In this document: in pieces, positions 1-14,439 of the stretch | Layout of the letters: each line of letters starts with the position of its first letter | Numbering within the stretch: the stretch's first letter is position 1 | Assembly: GCA_964016885.1 (NCBI GenBank) | Contig: OZ024741.1 | Span: forward strand, 381,734,001-381,798,000 | DNA length: 64,000 nucleotides | Reading direction: 5' to 3' | From: Eledone cirrhosa | Taxonomy: Eukaryota | Notes under the pieces: model-generated | Told to the model about the DNA's origin: nothing | Database searches by the model: none | Seen by the model: the letters and a program-made list of their open reading frames with translations, nothing else | Program-made: the position numbers and the translations under genes

Positions 1-2050
1 CAGGTGGCGTGCTTTCCACTTCGATAAATCTAATCTAAATGAAAATGTTTCAAATCTGGATAAAATCTTCAAATCTAAAAAAAATCCACCCCCCAACAAA
101 CTACTAATGGATTTTGAAAATGATATCATATCTATCATCCAAAGCATCAAATTCAAAAACAACTTCAAAGGCCAAGATTACTTAAGAAATATTAAGGATA
201 ATATTGAAAACTTGGAGAAAATTCTAGTCAAGTCGGACAAAACCAATAATCTTTACGGAATACAAAAGGACATTTATAACGATCTTATATTAAAGGAACT
301 AAGGAAGAAATACAAAGTAGCAAATAAAGACGACCTTGGAAAACTGAATACAGATGCCTCTTGTATAATGCATGAACTAGACATTGAAAATAAAGCACAA
401 CCCTTCATGCCAAGGAAACCTAAGATTAATATGAAGGATCATAAAAGAAACTTCGAAACTGATTTACCAGTCAGATTAATTGCAGCATCTAAATCTGACC
501 TTGGCAGATTAGCAAAAATATTCTAGACAGAATAATACCACAAATTAAGAATTTACCTAATTTATCTTACTTAAAATTATGGAAAGGGACTAGTGAGGTT
601 ATCGATTGGTTTAAAGAAATTAAATATAACTATAATAATAAGTTTATTCAGTTGGATATTGCTAACTACTACTTATCTATCACTCTTAATCTACTGAATA
701 AGGCACTAACTCACGCATTTAAACATACATACATAACTAGCAATGAAATGCACATTATATTATCGGCACGGAAAACATTAATAGAATTTAATAACCAACT
801 CTGGACTAGGGCAGATAGAAATAATAATTTCGACATAACTATGGGATCTTCAGACTCAGCTCAGGTAACGGACCTTGTGGGCCTATTTATAATTAATTCT
901 CTACATAGAAAAATACCACGTGTAACCGGAGGTTTATATCGTGACGACATGCTTTTACTTATAAAAAATAATAGCTGTGAACTAAAGGGAAAAAGAAAAC
1001 AAATTATACAATTTTTAAATACCTTAATCTAAAAGTAGAAATAGAGAATAACCATAAAATAGTCAATTTTCTAGATGTAACACTAAATCTTAACACATGT
1101 CTTCATTATCCATTTCACAAACTAAATGAGAACTTAAATTAATTATGTCAATTTTAACTCTAATCACCCCAGATCCGTTAAAAATACTATAGTGAACTCT
1201 GTACAAGAACGAATTTCGAGAATTTCATCTAATAAGAATATATTTGATGAAAAAGTGCATTATTACAACGAAGCGTTAGGTAGAGCTGGGTATAGAAATA
1301 AAATTAAATACATCGATAATAATAATAATTTAAAAACTAACCAAAATAACAATTTTAACTATGGTAACAATTTTAACAACTATAATAGAAAACATTACAA
1401 TAATTCCGAAAGCCGAAAAATAAATAGAACTAGGAACATATTATTGTTCGCTCCTCCTTTCTCACTAAATATTAAAACCCCTATGGCTAAACTATTCTTT
1501 AAAGCTCTTGACAAACGCTTCCCTAGAACACATAGATATTACTCAATTTTTAATAGACATACTATAAAATTAACTTACTCTCCATCAAAAATTTAGCGCA
1601 AAATATTAATAGAATTAATAATAGAAATTTAAAACCTAACCAAAATACCAATAATAACCCAAGCAATATTCAATCGAATAATTGTAACTGTAGAAATAAA
1701 TCCAACTGTCCGTTAAATAACAATTGCTTAGCTAAAAACGTAGTTTATAATTGTAATGTAAAAACTAATTTAAATTCATTTAATTATGTCGGTTCTACCA
1801 CCACAGAGTTTAACTCCCGCTTCAATAATCATAAAATTCTTTTACAGATCCAAACAAAAAATCTTCAACTTCGCTATCTAGCCTATTATGGGACCTAAAA
1901 CGAGATAATGTTGAATATTTGCTGATTTGGAATATTATTTCAAATGCTACTCCTTTTAATTCCTCTTCAGAAAATTGCGATCTTATATAGAAGACCAAAC
2001 ATTCCCTAAATTTAAGGAATAATTTATTCAGTTGCCCGAGACTTAGATTG
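1..2050 (+). mobile_element. Degenerate Penelope-like element ORF (RT + GIY-YIG endonuclease), tentatively Naiad-type; runs off the left edge
   Basis: ORFs 107-526, 652-1032 and 1192-1596 carry PLE RT motifs (RLIAASKSDLG, FDITMGSSDSAQVTDLVGLF, YRDDML). From about 1680 the sequence reads NCNCRNKSNCPLNNNCLAKNVVYNC...YVGSTTTEFNSRFNNHK (Cys motif + GIY-YIG). Multiple stops and frameshifts. Confidence 0.9.
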
Positions 2051-3838
2051 AACTCAACGTTTAAATATAAATATAAATTTAAAATGTAGTATAATTAATT
2101 AAGTAATTTGGTTAATATATGAAACTTGTCGATAAATCATTAGATTCCTTCACCTTTTTCATTTTCTTTGGTTAAGTATTCAAGTATAAATAAATGTTCT
2201 TCCTAAATATAAATATTAATATAATAAACTATTCTAGAGAAATATAGTGAGAGCTCTTGAAAGGAGAAAATATTTCCTATTTCTTATTTTTTATATTTTT
2301 TATATTTTTTATATTTTTTATATTTTTTATATTTTTCATATTTTTTATTTTTATATTTTTTATATTTTATTTATTTTTTATTAGGTTTGTTTTTATTCTG
2401 ATAGCTTCTCATAATTTTCGAAAGTTTATCCTTTCAATATCTTGAGTGAAATATACGTAAGATAAATGTCTATACTAAATCTATTAAACATATTATTTTA
2501 ACTTAAATATATTCTATAATATTTTCAAATATTTTAATATTTTAATATTTTAGAATTCTTTTGTTTTTAAGTTATATTGATATAATTATATTTCCAAAAT
2601 ATAATCCTTTTGTATTGTATGTACTCAATTATACTATGTAATATATTGATGTATATTTATCTCTATACGAGTATGTATGTATATGTGTGTATTAACATAC
2701 ATATACATGTGTTATATGCATTTTTATGAATATATGTCTGTCTGTATATATGCATGAGTGACGCGTGTCTACCAATTGGGTGAGGATGAACACACATGTT
2801 TATATATGTATATGTAAGAATTGTGTGTGTGCATGTACATGTGTACCCATACAATTTGATTGCAGATAGACATAATTTAACAGCCATAAATGCATGAAAG
2901 CTAATCCTATATATTTATATATATATTACATTTTGTTTAATTTAATAACACAAAGGATGTACAACATTAATAAAAAAAATCATTTATGCTTTGTATGCAT
3001 ATATTATATACGGGAGTAGATATGATGTATATTTTCTGAGTGTGTGTATATATATATATATATATTTATGTGTATTTTTGCGTGTGTGTACGTGTTATAT
3101 GATAGGTAATTTCTCTAGCAATATATAGATTTCTTAATGTTTAAATTCCAACTTTTAATATATTGATCTCAATTTTTAAACTAAATATATAATCATAGTT
3201 AAACAATGATTAATTTCTCATATTATATATGTATATTCCATTCATGAATATTAATATTTCTAATTTTATTTATTCATTTCATCTCAATTGTTAACTTAAC
3301 TTAATATGACATGACTTAAGGTTTTCGTTCTCTCCCCCTCTCTCTATCTCTATATTTCTCTCTCTCGATTTTTTCTCTCTGTCTGGGGTTTTGATATCTC
3401 TCTCTCGTTTTTCTCTTTATTTCTTTTTTCTTTTTTCTCTTTTTTCTTTTTTCTTTTTTTCTTTTTTTCTTTTTTTCTTTTTTTCTTTTTTCTTTTTTCT
3501 TTTTTCTTTTTTTCTTCTTTTTTCTTTTTTCTTTTTTCTTTTTTCTTTTTTCTTTTTTCTCCTTTATCTCTCCCTTTGTTTCTCCACTTTTCTCTCTCTC
3601 CGTTTTTTCTCTCTCTCCGTCTTTATCCTTCTCCGTAACACAACGACTTTCTAAGATAAACAAATCCACTATCCCTGATGTCTTCCAAAAGTAACGGTTG
3701 CATTTTGAAAGGGTATGTCAATATTTATTTATAAAACTGGTATATATTGTATTTTGTCTGATTTTAACATGGTATCCTTGAAATATGGATAATAAAATAG
3801 ATATGGTCCTATAAATATAGTTTCCATTTGTTAATATC

Positions 3839-3888
<50 letters not shown>

Positions 3889-4140
3889 ATTATTAAGTAT
3901 ATATATATGTTTAAGAAAGTTAGAGTTAGGTGTGGGAAAACTATTTTTTTCATAATATTGTTAGATATTGTATAGATCGATGGTCTTTTAATGAGCTAAA
4001 GATATTTTCATGCTTATTGGTTTTTATATTTTTACGTGGACATTTATTACTCTTGTTACAACGGTTATTGCTAAGTTTACTGCTATATGTAACGATATTC
4101 GTACTATTAAGGAATTGTGTAGAATCATTATCTCAGACGT
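2051..4140 (+). mobile_element. 3' tail/pseudo-LTR of the PLE, with low-complexity tracts and a probable partial restart of the ORF
   Basis: T-rich and pyrimidine-rich tracts, a decayed HHR-like segment at about 3672-3725 (CTGATGT, stem cttccaaaa/ttttgaaag), (TA)n at 3840-3885, then YCIDRWSFNEL, which resembles CTERWSFNDCL at 5990-6060 on the minus strand. Confidence 0.5.
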
Positions 4141-4339
4141 AATCATACTTCTATTTACGAATCAAGAGGGTGCAACATAATCATTCTAGACTTTGTTGTT
4201 AAATATATCATCATTAGCCGATAGTGTAGATAGTCTATTGGATATACTCCTAACGTTTGATTTAATTATAGACCGAGATTGGCGGAATAGTATATTTACA
4301 GAGGATCAGAATTATCTTGGCTCATGGTAGGTTTGTTAT

Positions 4340-4625
4340 AGGCCAGTACCAAATTCAAATGTAGCGTCCAGAAAATTCACTACCTTCCGCACAATGGACA
4401 TGGTATTACAGTAGATTTCCCCTTGAGAAGAATATGGAGTGAGAGACTGGAAGTGAGATAGATATATAGCGGATGAATTGACCCCAGTATTGACAGATAC
4501 ATTCTTATCGACCGTGAATAGATGAAAATCAACGTTGACCTCGACATGAATTAAAGTCAGCAAGAAGGGAACCGGAACGAATGTCACAAAGCATTATCTC
4601 CGATGTTCTAACGACTCTGCAAATT
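4340..4625 (-). mobile_element. tRNA-derived SINE (family A), diverged
   Basis: Similar to the other copies (ttatcgacc...gatgaaa..caa.gttgacctcg). Confidence 0.65.
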
Positions 4626-4954
4626 GTTCACCCTATACAAAACATACTGAAACTATATTCGTTATTCAAAATAATAGTAGCAATTTGTCCGAAATATCAT
4701 ACAGCAGGAAATCTCGTGAAACGTACATACAATTATTGGAAATTGTAGATATAAATCTTGCAAATAAGACACAGGCATGTACAAACAGATGTAGTTCGAT
4801 TTTACCATATTTCGAGAATACAGATACATAAGTTTTGGGCTCGTTCCATTTGTTAGAACGGTGTTAATTATATACTGGAAAAGTTCGTGATAGAATAAAA
4901 AACCGGCGCAGCCATACAAAAAACTAGCCAACCAGCTATCACCACAACCACCTA

Positions 4955-5040
4955 CAACAACAACAACAACAACAACAACTATTACTACTACTACTACTAC
5001 TACCACTACTACTACTACTTCCGCCACCACGACCAACAAC
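4955..5040. repeat. (ACA)n/(ACT)n compound microsatellite
   Basis: Seen directly. Confidence 0.9.
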
Positions 5041-5431
5041 AAATTCCCGATCACGTTTCTATCTACCAGCTTTTCCAACCACAATTACACTAGTTTATTC
5101 TTCACCACCACCATAACCATCATCATCACCAACTACCACTACAACACAATCACCATTTCCATTATTCCGACCCTCCAATACAATCACCACCACGGCACTC
5201 ATCTATAATCACTACATGTGAATATCAATAAGACAATAACAAATATTATTACAATATCTGCGAATATCAATAACTACAATCAAAAGATGAAGACTAAGGA
5301 CACCACTTTACTATAAACAAATACCTTCACTACTTAAAGAAAGCAGGCGTTAATTAATTTAGTAAATATTTACTAAACATTCTACACTAGCATTTTATAT
5401 CGGCTGATGAAGCATTGATATTTAAATAATT

Positions 5432-5535
5432 GTTTCTATTTTTGGCACAAGGCCAGCAATTACCCAGTGCATTACTGGTACTTTATTTTATCGACCGGGT
5501 AAGGACGAAAGGCAAAGTTAACCTCGGCGGGATTA
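5432..5535 (-). mobile_element. SINE family A, 3' half
   Basis: tgtttctatttttggcacaaggccagcaattacccagtgcattactggtactttattttatcgacc...aaggcaaagttaacctcggcggg closely matches 34262-34375. Confidence 0.85.
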
Positions 5536-5714
5536 AATAATGTTACTACACCTTATATACTGTCTGCCTACAACTACACACACACGATCGCAGGCAAGCA
5601 AGCACATATGCACAAACACATTCCTACCTAGCTACATACATACATACATATATACAGCGACACAACAACCTGCACATACACATGTATATATATGTAACCA
5701 TACACACACCCACA

Positions 5715-5796
5715 TGTATATATATATATAAATATATGTGTGTGTATGTGAGGGGTGTGTGTATGTGGGTGTGTGTGTGCGTATGTGTGTGTGCGC

Positions 5797-5850
<54 letters not shown>

Positions 5851-5890
5851 CTGTCTGTTTGTGTTTGTGTATATATATATATATATATGC
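5715..5890. repeat. (TA)n/(TG)n microsatellite
   Basis: Seen directly. Confidence 0.9.
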
Positions 5891-6749
5891 CGAACACCAA
5901 GCAAGATGTTATCATCTCTTCCAGGCATATCAATAAAAGCAAAGGTTATTGACATTTACATTCGAATTTCCTATCTGATGAAACCGAATTAAACAATCGT
6001 TGAATGACCACCTTTCTGTACATAACGAAATGATGTAATGGAATAAAATGAAGTTAAATATGTCATACCATCGTCTTTCTTTTTCTGAATATTGAGACTT
6101 CGTCTGATACCACATACGTAATATCTCATTACGTCGAATGCTTGCACCCTATCACAACATTTATAGACAAATGATTGGATCAGCCAAAACTGATTATCAT
6201 AATATATCAATGAAAATTAATAACCTACTTATGAATTCAACGTGCACATAGCTAGAATTCCACGACAGACAGTCTTGGCTTGATTCATTTTGCAGGGAGA
6301 TTCAGTCTGGCACGGAGTATGACAAGTCTGGCTCTCTGAATCACTGACTGCAATACTTCATCTAATGGACTTTCAAACAGTTTCCACCTCCCCAATTTCG
6401 CTCAAATGCATGGTTTAAACAGAGGTGAGTAAATATGTTTCTTTAATAAAGGATAACAAAATGAAGTAATACATAAACAGAAGATTGAGTAAAAGAAAAG
6501 TAGGCTGGATCTTTCAAGATCTGGCAACAGAAGAAATAAAGGGGGGTGAGAGGGTGTGAAGCCTCTACATCTATGTAATGGCGGTGATTCGTTTGAGCCC
6601 TGCGGAAAAATTGCAAAGTTATTCCCACAGACAATGGCCAACGACACCCACACGACAGCCACCCTATCTCGGGGAAATCATTCCTCAGATGAGTAGCACA
6701 TTCCGATTTTATGGAAGAGCTCGGCTGTACGTGATCCAAGTATGACTGG

Positions 6750-8470
6750 GGTTAAGATGGTGAAGAGGAGATGGCCGGACAAGTGCTTGTCATTGCTCGT
6801 CTTCCTGTCCTTGGCATTGCAGGCTACGGTACCGGGGTTTGTGACAGAAGCAACTAATATGGACGCGGGAACGTGTCACAACATCTCGCGTCACAGATGA
6901 CGAATTTACCACTTTCTAATGAGAAGACGGTAATTCCGTCGGGGCGCTTGCCGTCACTACGGTCGGGATGCTTGCCGCATTTGTGATGAAAAACAAACAT
7001 CATATAAGATCCTTCTCATTATGTCATTGAGAGCGGCATGTCGTGGGAATAAGCCTGTGCTCTGGTGGCATGATTGGCCACTCGCGACATAGCCTACAAC
7101 CGCATGTGTGCGGTTTAGAGAAACGGAGGCCGAAGTTATACCTACACTTGATTCGTCCCAGTTACGTTAAATATTTGTATATTGCCGGACAGAGAGGACT
7201 TCGTCGGTCCATTCGGCGAGAGACCGCTCCAGCTCTAGGGCCAATTCAGGTTTTGCAACCTTGCTGAGAACTTCGCAGATGAGGGTGTGCCTGTAGAAGA
7301 TTGAGGTAAAAGTAGGCTGGATGTTTCAAATTCGATGCGGATGGGAGGTCGAGGACACCAAAACTAATAGTGAGCCTTGCTTGTTGCCAGCCAGAGCTGC
7401 CGAAAATAACATTGCAGAGGTGTTCTGCACAACGTCAGATGATAGCATCGCGTTTATCGAGGTGGTCTGCATCGTGCTGACAATGCACTCCGTACAACGT
7501 GAAAACAAATTGGGAAGGAAGCTTTAGTACTGTGACGATTAGCTGAAAATCTTCCAAATCTGAGCTGGACAGAGCTTTGCACCTCGCTCATGTTATCTTT
7601 GAATGATTTGAAAGCTATCTTTGTCTTAAATCGTCGGAAGACATTGCCTAATGTGATGGATCGGAAACCTCCGACATTCTTCTTCAGTGCAGTGAGTCTG
7701 GCCCAGACGAAAATATCTCAATCATGGTTGGACTGTTTGGCGGTGAAAAGACAATTTCTCAGAGCTTTTATCGACTCTAGCAAGATTACACCTGCCTCTA
7801 CAGAGTGTGGCAAGGAAAGTCAATGATGTGGCCGCGACGCAGATCATACACTCCGCCACTGTTGCTTCCAGCGAAGGATCTCAGAGCAGCGGATGCGTTC
7901 TCATATGACGCAGCCAATAATAGGTTGTTGGACAGTGCTGGTGCGTCCCTGATGTCATCTAGGGGATCCAGGTGTTTATCAGGTAGTGCTACTAGGACAT
8001 CCGTTTTGGGCCAAAGTACTTGGTCGCTCAACGATATGTTGCTCTCAATTAGTTTGAGGTTGACTATTGTGGTGACGCTTCGTGCAGTTGAACCGGATTA
8101 CACGCACTGCATCTGCGCTTGTGGCCGAATGAGATTGCTTCGTGGCAGGCGAAAGGTAGGTCACGGAAGGAAGCGATATTGCACTGGAGGCTCGAAGACA
8201 GGGAGGGACTCGATCCTGCCCCAACATTGGGTTCCTTGTGATTGGAACCAAGTGTGCTAGGGTTGTAAACCTAAACAGGCCGCTACAGCTTTGCGGGCCA
8301 CCTGAGTCAGGCGCTTGATCGTAGACGACGCTAGCCCTTCGGTGGCAAATGCGAATGCTTTTGATATCCTGGTAATGTAACTCCGCGACTGACTAAGCAG
8401 AGACTTCACCACAAGGGATCGTCCAGTCCCAGATTGTTTGAATGCTCATTGAGCCGAACACCTGTGTCCA
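6750..8470 (-). mobile_element. Degenerate CRE-clade non-LTR retrotransposon (RT + restriction-like endonuclease)
   Basis: Minus-strand translation gives LTALKKNVGGFRSITLGNVFRR (about 7630-7696; CRE RT LxALxKKDGGIRPIAVGxxxRR), CHQSTGLFPRHAALNDIMRR (about 7010-7070) and DRSDGKRPDGITVFSLESGKFVICDARCCDTF (about 6870-6965; RLE RPDG..WDxTxxDT motif). Many disablements. Confidence 0.8.
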
Positions 8471-9464
8471 TCTGTGGCCTAGGGGGATATAGACATGGTG
8501 GGCAGTGCCACTGGTGCAGGAATCTGAAGAGCGCCGAATGAGTATGACGAAAGGAATTTGCAAAAAACTGTTATATTTGATGTAGTTCCTTCCTTTCTTG
8601 TACCTATTTTATGTAGCGCACGAGTGGCACAGATGGATATCTCGAGGTGGGGTGGATTTCTGAAGAGAGGCAAGCATTTTAACTGGTGTGCTGGAGTTGA
8701 AGCAGAACATTATAATTAAGGAGAGTATGGTGGTGGTTGGTACGTCTGTAGAGGGACAGAAAGAAGGATAAGCTGAGAGTGATGGTGGGTTAATAGCGGG
8801 ATATGTGTGTGGAGGGATAGAAAGAGGATTGGACTAGATAGGGAGTGAGATTAAAAGGAGGTAAATATATAGGTGCATACGTTTCATAAATGAGAAAAAA
8901 GTGATGTTACTTGACTACGATCCAATTTTGTTGGATCGAAACATTCGGTTGTATTACGTCCAATCCGTCTCTTTTCTGGTTAAATTTCCACATCTTTACC
9001 TCCAAATATAAGCCACAATTTTCTAAACTTCAGTGCAATCTAATCTGCTCTCTTCTCACTCAGGAAAGTAAGATTATGGATTAATGCATCTTTTCAGTTC
9101 GCTTTATCTCCACTTTGACGTCCTCTCCTACCGCTCCTTCATGATTTGCTATAACACGACCAGGGGAAGGAGCCTCTACTAGGTGAGTCCTCATGCTACA
9201 ACAATAACAGTCAGGTACTCAGAAAACCACATTCTACCCTATTGTAAATAGAAAGGATTTATGTCTTGTACGCCGACTGCAGTCTGGAACACTTACACCA
9301 TAAACCTATTGGAAACAAATGTTTATATGCCAAATTATAAATGTTTTCTATTTCCAAACGTATTCTAATTTTTCATTTCTCTCTTCTTTTCCCTCAGTCT
9401 CTCCCTTCTTCTTGCTCTCTATTTCTCTCCCTCTCTCTTAACCAACCTCAATTAGAGAAGCCTG

Positions 9465-9575
9465 TACATACAAACATACATACATACATACATACATACA
9501 TACATACATACATACATACATACATACATACAAATATACATACATACAAATATGCATACATACATGCATACATAC
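9465..9575. repeat. (TACA)n microsatellite
   Basis: Seen directly. Confidence 0.95.
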
Positions 9576-12500
9576 AGACGCAGAGACACACTTGAACATG
9601 CATGACAGGAATGCCTTTAATACACCCATTTGAGCATGATTGAGCTGAGTGTATAACTTGCACAAGTGTAGTATTAGCGAGGCTATGAGATAACATTTGC
9701 TAGTGATGGTCGTCTTGACAACGACAGCTTAGAGCTTAACCTGAGATGGTTGATAATATCACATGTATTAGAATTAACTCTATATGATTCACTAATAGGA
9801 GACAGTTTTCTAAGAATAACTAGTTTCGCATTGGCATATAGTTTCACTTTTATAAGGCAATGACGAATTGGAATTACGACTTTTATTCTTTCTCGGTGGC
9901 ATTAAATATGTAAGGGAAATGGGATGACTCTAACCAAAAATCGAAACTGTTTTCGCTCTCCATTAAATAACATCTATTTGCGTTCGGAGATTTCTATAAA
10001 TATCAGCAGAACATTACTCTCGACTCTTAAATATATCCAAGATATTTTTGCATTCGTTATTCGAACGTCAATAACACAAGTAATCATTACTCTAAAAATA
10101 TATATCAGATTCGTATTTTTTTAAATATGTTGTTCACTACTTTTATTTTCATGTATAACATAGTTACGTAAGTTTTTATTTAGTTAATGGCTTTGTCTTG
10201 AATGATTGTCTTGAAATGAATTTATGTTTAGGAACTAATCTTATATTTCGCTAAATAGAGAGTATATAATTGATTTAACTTTTCTTTCTTCTTTTTCCCT
10301 ACAGCCAATAACTCGCATATTTACTTGAACCAGGAGACATTTACTATTAAATGATACATTTTGATATGTTGAAGTAAATGTTTCTTTATTTTTTTTCATA
10401 ATGTATTTGACAGATTGTTAGTACTTAACAACATGGATGTGAATCCATATATTTATTTATTCAAAATGCTCTATTTGTACTCAAGTCATAAATTTAATGT
10501 TTGAAAATTGATAAAACAATATATCAATAAAAAATAAAAAAATATCTAAGATTTCAAAATAATATCTCGACATATATAAGAATGCATTTAATAAAAAGCA
10601 ATGTTCTCCTAAATTATGGTTTATCCATTTAAAAAATGAATAAAAGTAATACTTTGCTACTATTCGAAGCGATATTTAATGTATTTGAAGAGATAGAAGT
10701 GTTAAGTGACAAGAATACGGTAAGCAAGATTTTTATCAATAGCAATTTTACAAAAAACTTCGTATATTTCTGTAAATTGAAAACTTTTAGTTTCCACTAG
10801 TTGGCACACATATATGAAGGAAATTACATTTATGTAATCTTGAGACAGATTATCAAGTCAAAATGTTGGCTTGTGGAAATATTTCTAAAACAAACATACT
10901 TACATTCGAAATTATATAGTTCCAAATAGGATGATGTATTCTCTAAACAGAAGTAAGTTAGCCTATATCTCGGAGCTATAAAATATCATCGATTTACTTG
11001 AATAGGATCCTGCTAACACATTATGTGTCAAACAGCAGTCTACCGAACTAGCAACAATGAAACAAGCACAAAATTGCCATAGCATATTATGTCCGAGTTT
11101 CACTGTAATTAATAACAAAAATATTCAGTAAATCATTTCTGAGGTGAAGGAAATAGGTATCAAATCTTCATCACGATGGCTGAATATGTATTATTGTTTG
11201 CAGGCCTCTACTGATGTTTTACGTCACCAAACCGGTTCAGTTTGTTTATTGTTGAACTTAACATATCTAAGCCTCTATAATTAATCCTTGATTATTTTAA
11301 GAACGTTTTATATCCGAGAACAATTTCACGAGAATTAGAAATACAAAACTAATTAGTTGTCAGTTACTTAAATGCTGCTAATCACACCAGTCTCTTATCC
11401 AGGTTGAAATTGAAATCAATTACAAAGTGACATTAAAGGGCGGTGAATTTCATTTCCTAATTAAAATGTCCAAACATACGAGGTCCCACATCTCCCTCAC
11501 TAAAATTACAATAACATTCATCATTAATATATACAAAACAAACAGGGAAATCCTCGTTGCTAGAATTAGAATCACACATCTGCGAGTCTTATAGAATTAC
11601 ACAGCCTAAAGAATCGAATAAAATACTTGAAAACGTAGTCATACATATTGAATTCCTGTACTCAGATATGAAAACTTCGTTTCTAGCGCCCTTGCTTAAT
11701 TGTTGTATATTGTAACAAAGGAATGGTAATTTTACCACAGAGTACTATAGCAAATTTGATATACAGAATATAGGAGACCACTAAAACAAAACAAAAGGAT
11801 CTGTCAAAGGTATTTCGAGAAAATCTGTTATCATGTGGGTACAGCTTCGTCAGCTGGTATTCTATTAATTATAATTAATGATATTATAATTCGTAGATAC
11901 CGTATATAATTAATTGACTTGACTAAGTACATCATAGGATCACAGTCAATCATCGCCATTAGAATGGTAATAAACGTAATGCTATAATATTAACCAAGGG
12001 TGACATTTATTAAAAACAAACATTTATTTATTATATATCAAAAATATCAATAACGTGTGAAAAGGAGAGCTTTAGCTGGATTGTTAGGAAAATCATTTCG
12101 ATGAGTGCGGAAGATAAATGTAGAAATAGTAAAGAAAAGTATCATCTCTCCACGTATCTAATCAAATGCAATATCTATATTCTCTGTGAATAGAAATCTG
12201 AGATATATCCTGTCCGCGATATTTGCCAATATATCTTCAGCTTGAAACAATAATATCTCAAAATATTATTCTACTTTCTTCTAAAATATTACTAGGATAA
12301 AAAACAAAACAGTATATATGAAAGGGTGGCCTGCTTATTTGTGACAATATTTTTATAATAAAATGTTTATTTGATGAACGCTGTGTTTCTGTTTAAGGAA
12401 GAACATTCATTTCAAGGTTGCTGATCACATATACGGCAAACATGAGCCTTCCATACATAGATGCTAATCCTTCTGATCAGTAATCATTGATACAAAACAT

Positions 12501-14439
12501 GCAATAAATGAAAACATGCAATATTAATACCCTTGAAAATGAAGAAATCTCTATATAATCACAAAGGCTACATGTATCCGTATGGACAAGAATATTGTTC
12601 ACAAAATCTCTAAATTGCTTGTTACACCTTAGTTTGATATATTTTCATATGTTATCTGATTGTATATAATTATATTATATTCCATATGTAATCTGGTATT
12701 GAGTGCAACATAAGACACAATACTATCTACTGATTTAATTTAACTTAGTTTAATTTTAATTTAATTTTACTATTTTTTTTTTCGATTTTATGTTCAACTA
12801 TATACTTAAATTGTTTATCCCCTACCCCACTATAATTATATCACCATTATCATTAGAATCGCTGGTATTAAAATGTATCTTGTATGCGTTACACAACCGA
12901 ATAACCATCTAACTTTCCGAGTTACACACATGACACCAACATTTATTTCCATTCTTTGAATGCTGGGAATTTATTAATTAACCTTCCTTTTCTTCAATAT
13001 AGGAATATAAACGGTACTGGTATATCATTTTCGGACATTGCAGGGAAGAGGACGTTCAGTATATGAGTTGTAAGCGAACTCCACACAGTTTCTTGTCTTT
13101 TTATTCACAATATAAACACTAACATATAAGAGTGAATTAGATTACTTACCCATAGTCAATTACTTTAACGAAACAATGATATTAAGGTTATAACTAATAT
13201 ATACATTTCTATTTATATTTTCGCTATATTTTTTTTTCTTAATATATCATTCGTAATTCATTTTACCACATTTATTTAACGCGGCATTCAACCCAAATGT
13301 TCATAACTTTTTATAACCTTCTTGACATACTTAGAGTATATTTTTTTCATTAGATTTTTTCCCTTCTCGCTATGTTGTTTTTCGGCAAGAGTATAATGAC
13401 ATACAGTGTATTACCCCTAACCATTTTTGAAGCTGACCGTTTGGTTCTCAGTAACGGCATAGCAGTATCTATGAATATCAGAATTTCTCTCGCCAGCACA
13501 CAAACCCAACTCCCATTGATCGCGCCAACCAAATCAACAATGCTTAATATTGGTGAGTTTGTTATTCGGAAATGGTGATTTAAGTATATATATATATAGA
13601 TTTTTGAAACAATAACACCGATTTTGCGCGTTATCGCTGAATGAAATATTTTCTCTATTCTCGTTTGTGTTTGCCGTAATTTCTTTTTGTTATTATGCTA
13701 TATCATCTGATGATGTCACTAAGGTCTTGCGTAACCAAACAATAGAACTATATATAGTGTTTTTTGCAAAAATAATTCTTTAAAAGTATATCCTCAGTCC
13801 GGCCTCCTCTTGTCTTAATCAAATTAATACAAGACGTACTAGCGTAAGTACGAATATCCTTTTTGATGGCATTCTGATACAGGTTTTGCTTGACACAAGT
13901 CCTTAGCTTACCTCACTGACTGAGTAAATATGAGCAAACGGGATTATATATGTATTTTCTCCCAGTTATCAGGCAGCCTAATTTCATTTTTAATTTATGT
14001 TTCTTTACAATCCTGTTTCTATTTTTCACAAACTTGTGAGATCTAAATTATGGCTAATGTATTGAAATATATTCTATTTCAAATGTTGCCGCCATTTAAA
14101 ATTATCTTATAGCGAACGAGAAACCGTTCACATTCACGTCACGTCACAACCTGCTGCAGGCAAATTTCTCATGGCAGTAATTCTCCCTGGAGTTCACAGA
14201 GGTTGAACGAATATTCATCTCTCTTTCTCCCTGTCTCCGTAATTCATTGTCTTTTGATGAAGCTAACACAATATCACAGTTTTCGTCGAAAAGCGTTTTC
14301 ACACCCCAATGAGTCACATACAAATAAATAAGATAGATAATATCTTCAACAAGAACCTCATTACACAGCGAAAGTGCAACCATTAATCACGTATATATAT
14401 ATATATATATATATAGATATGACATGTAATATCAGCCTT

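Noticed and set aside
5540-5992. Many ORFs such as [18 protein letters not shown] and poly-F/K/L here and throughout the window
   Set aside because: They are translations of microsatellites, not genes.
8901-8960. HHR-like segment (gatcc...ggatc-GAAAC)
   Set aside because: The CUGANGA core is absent; at best a decayed PLE HHR.
13700-13750. CTGATGA motif followed by CAAAC
   Set aside because: No GAAA and poor stems; not callable.
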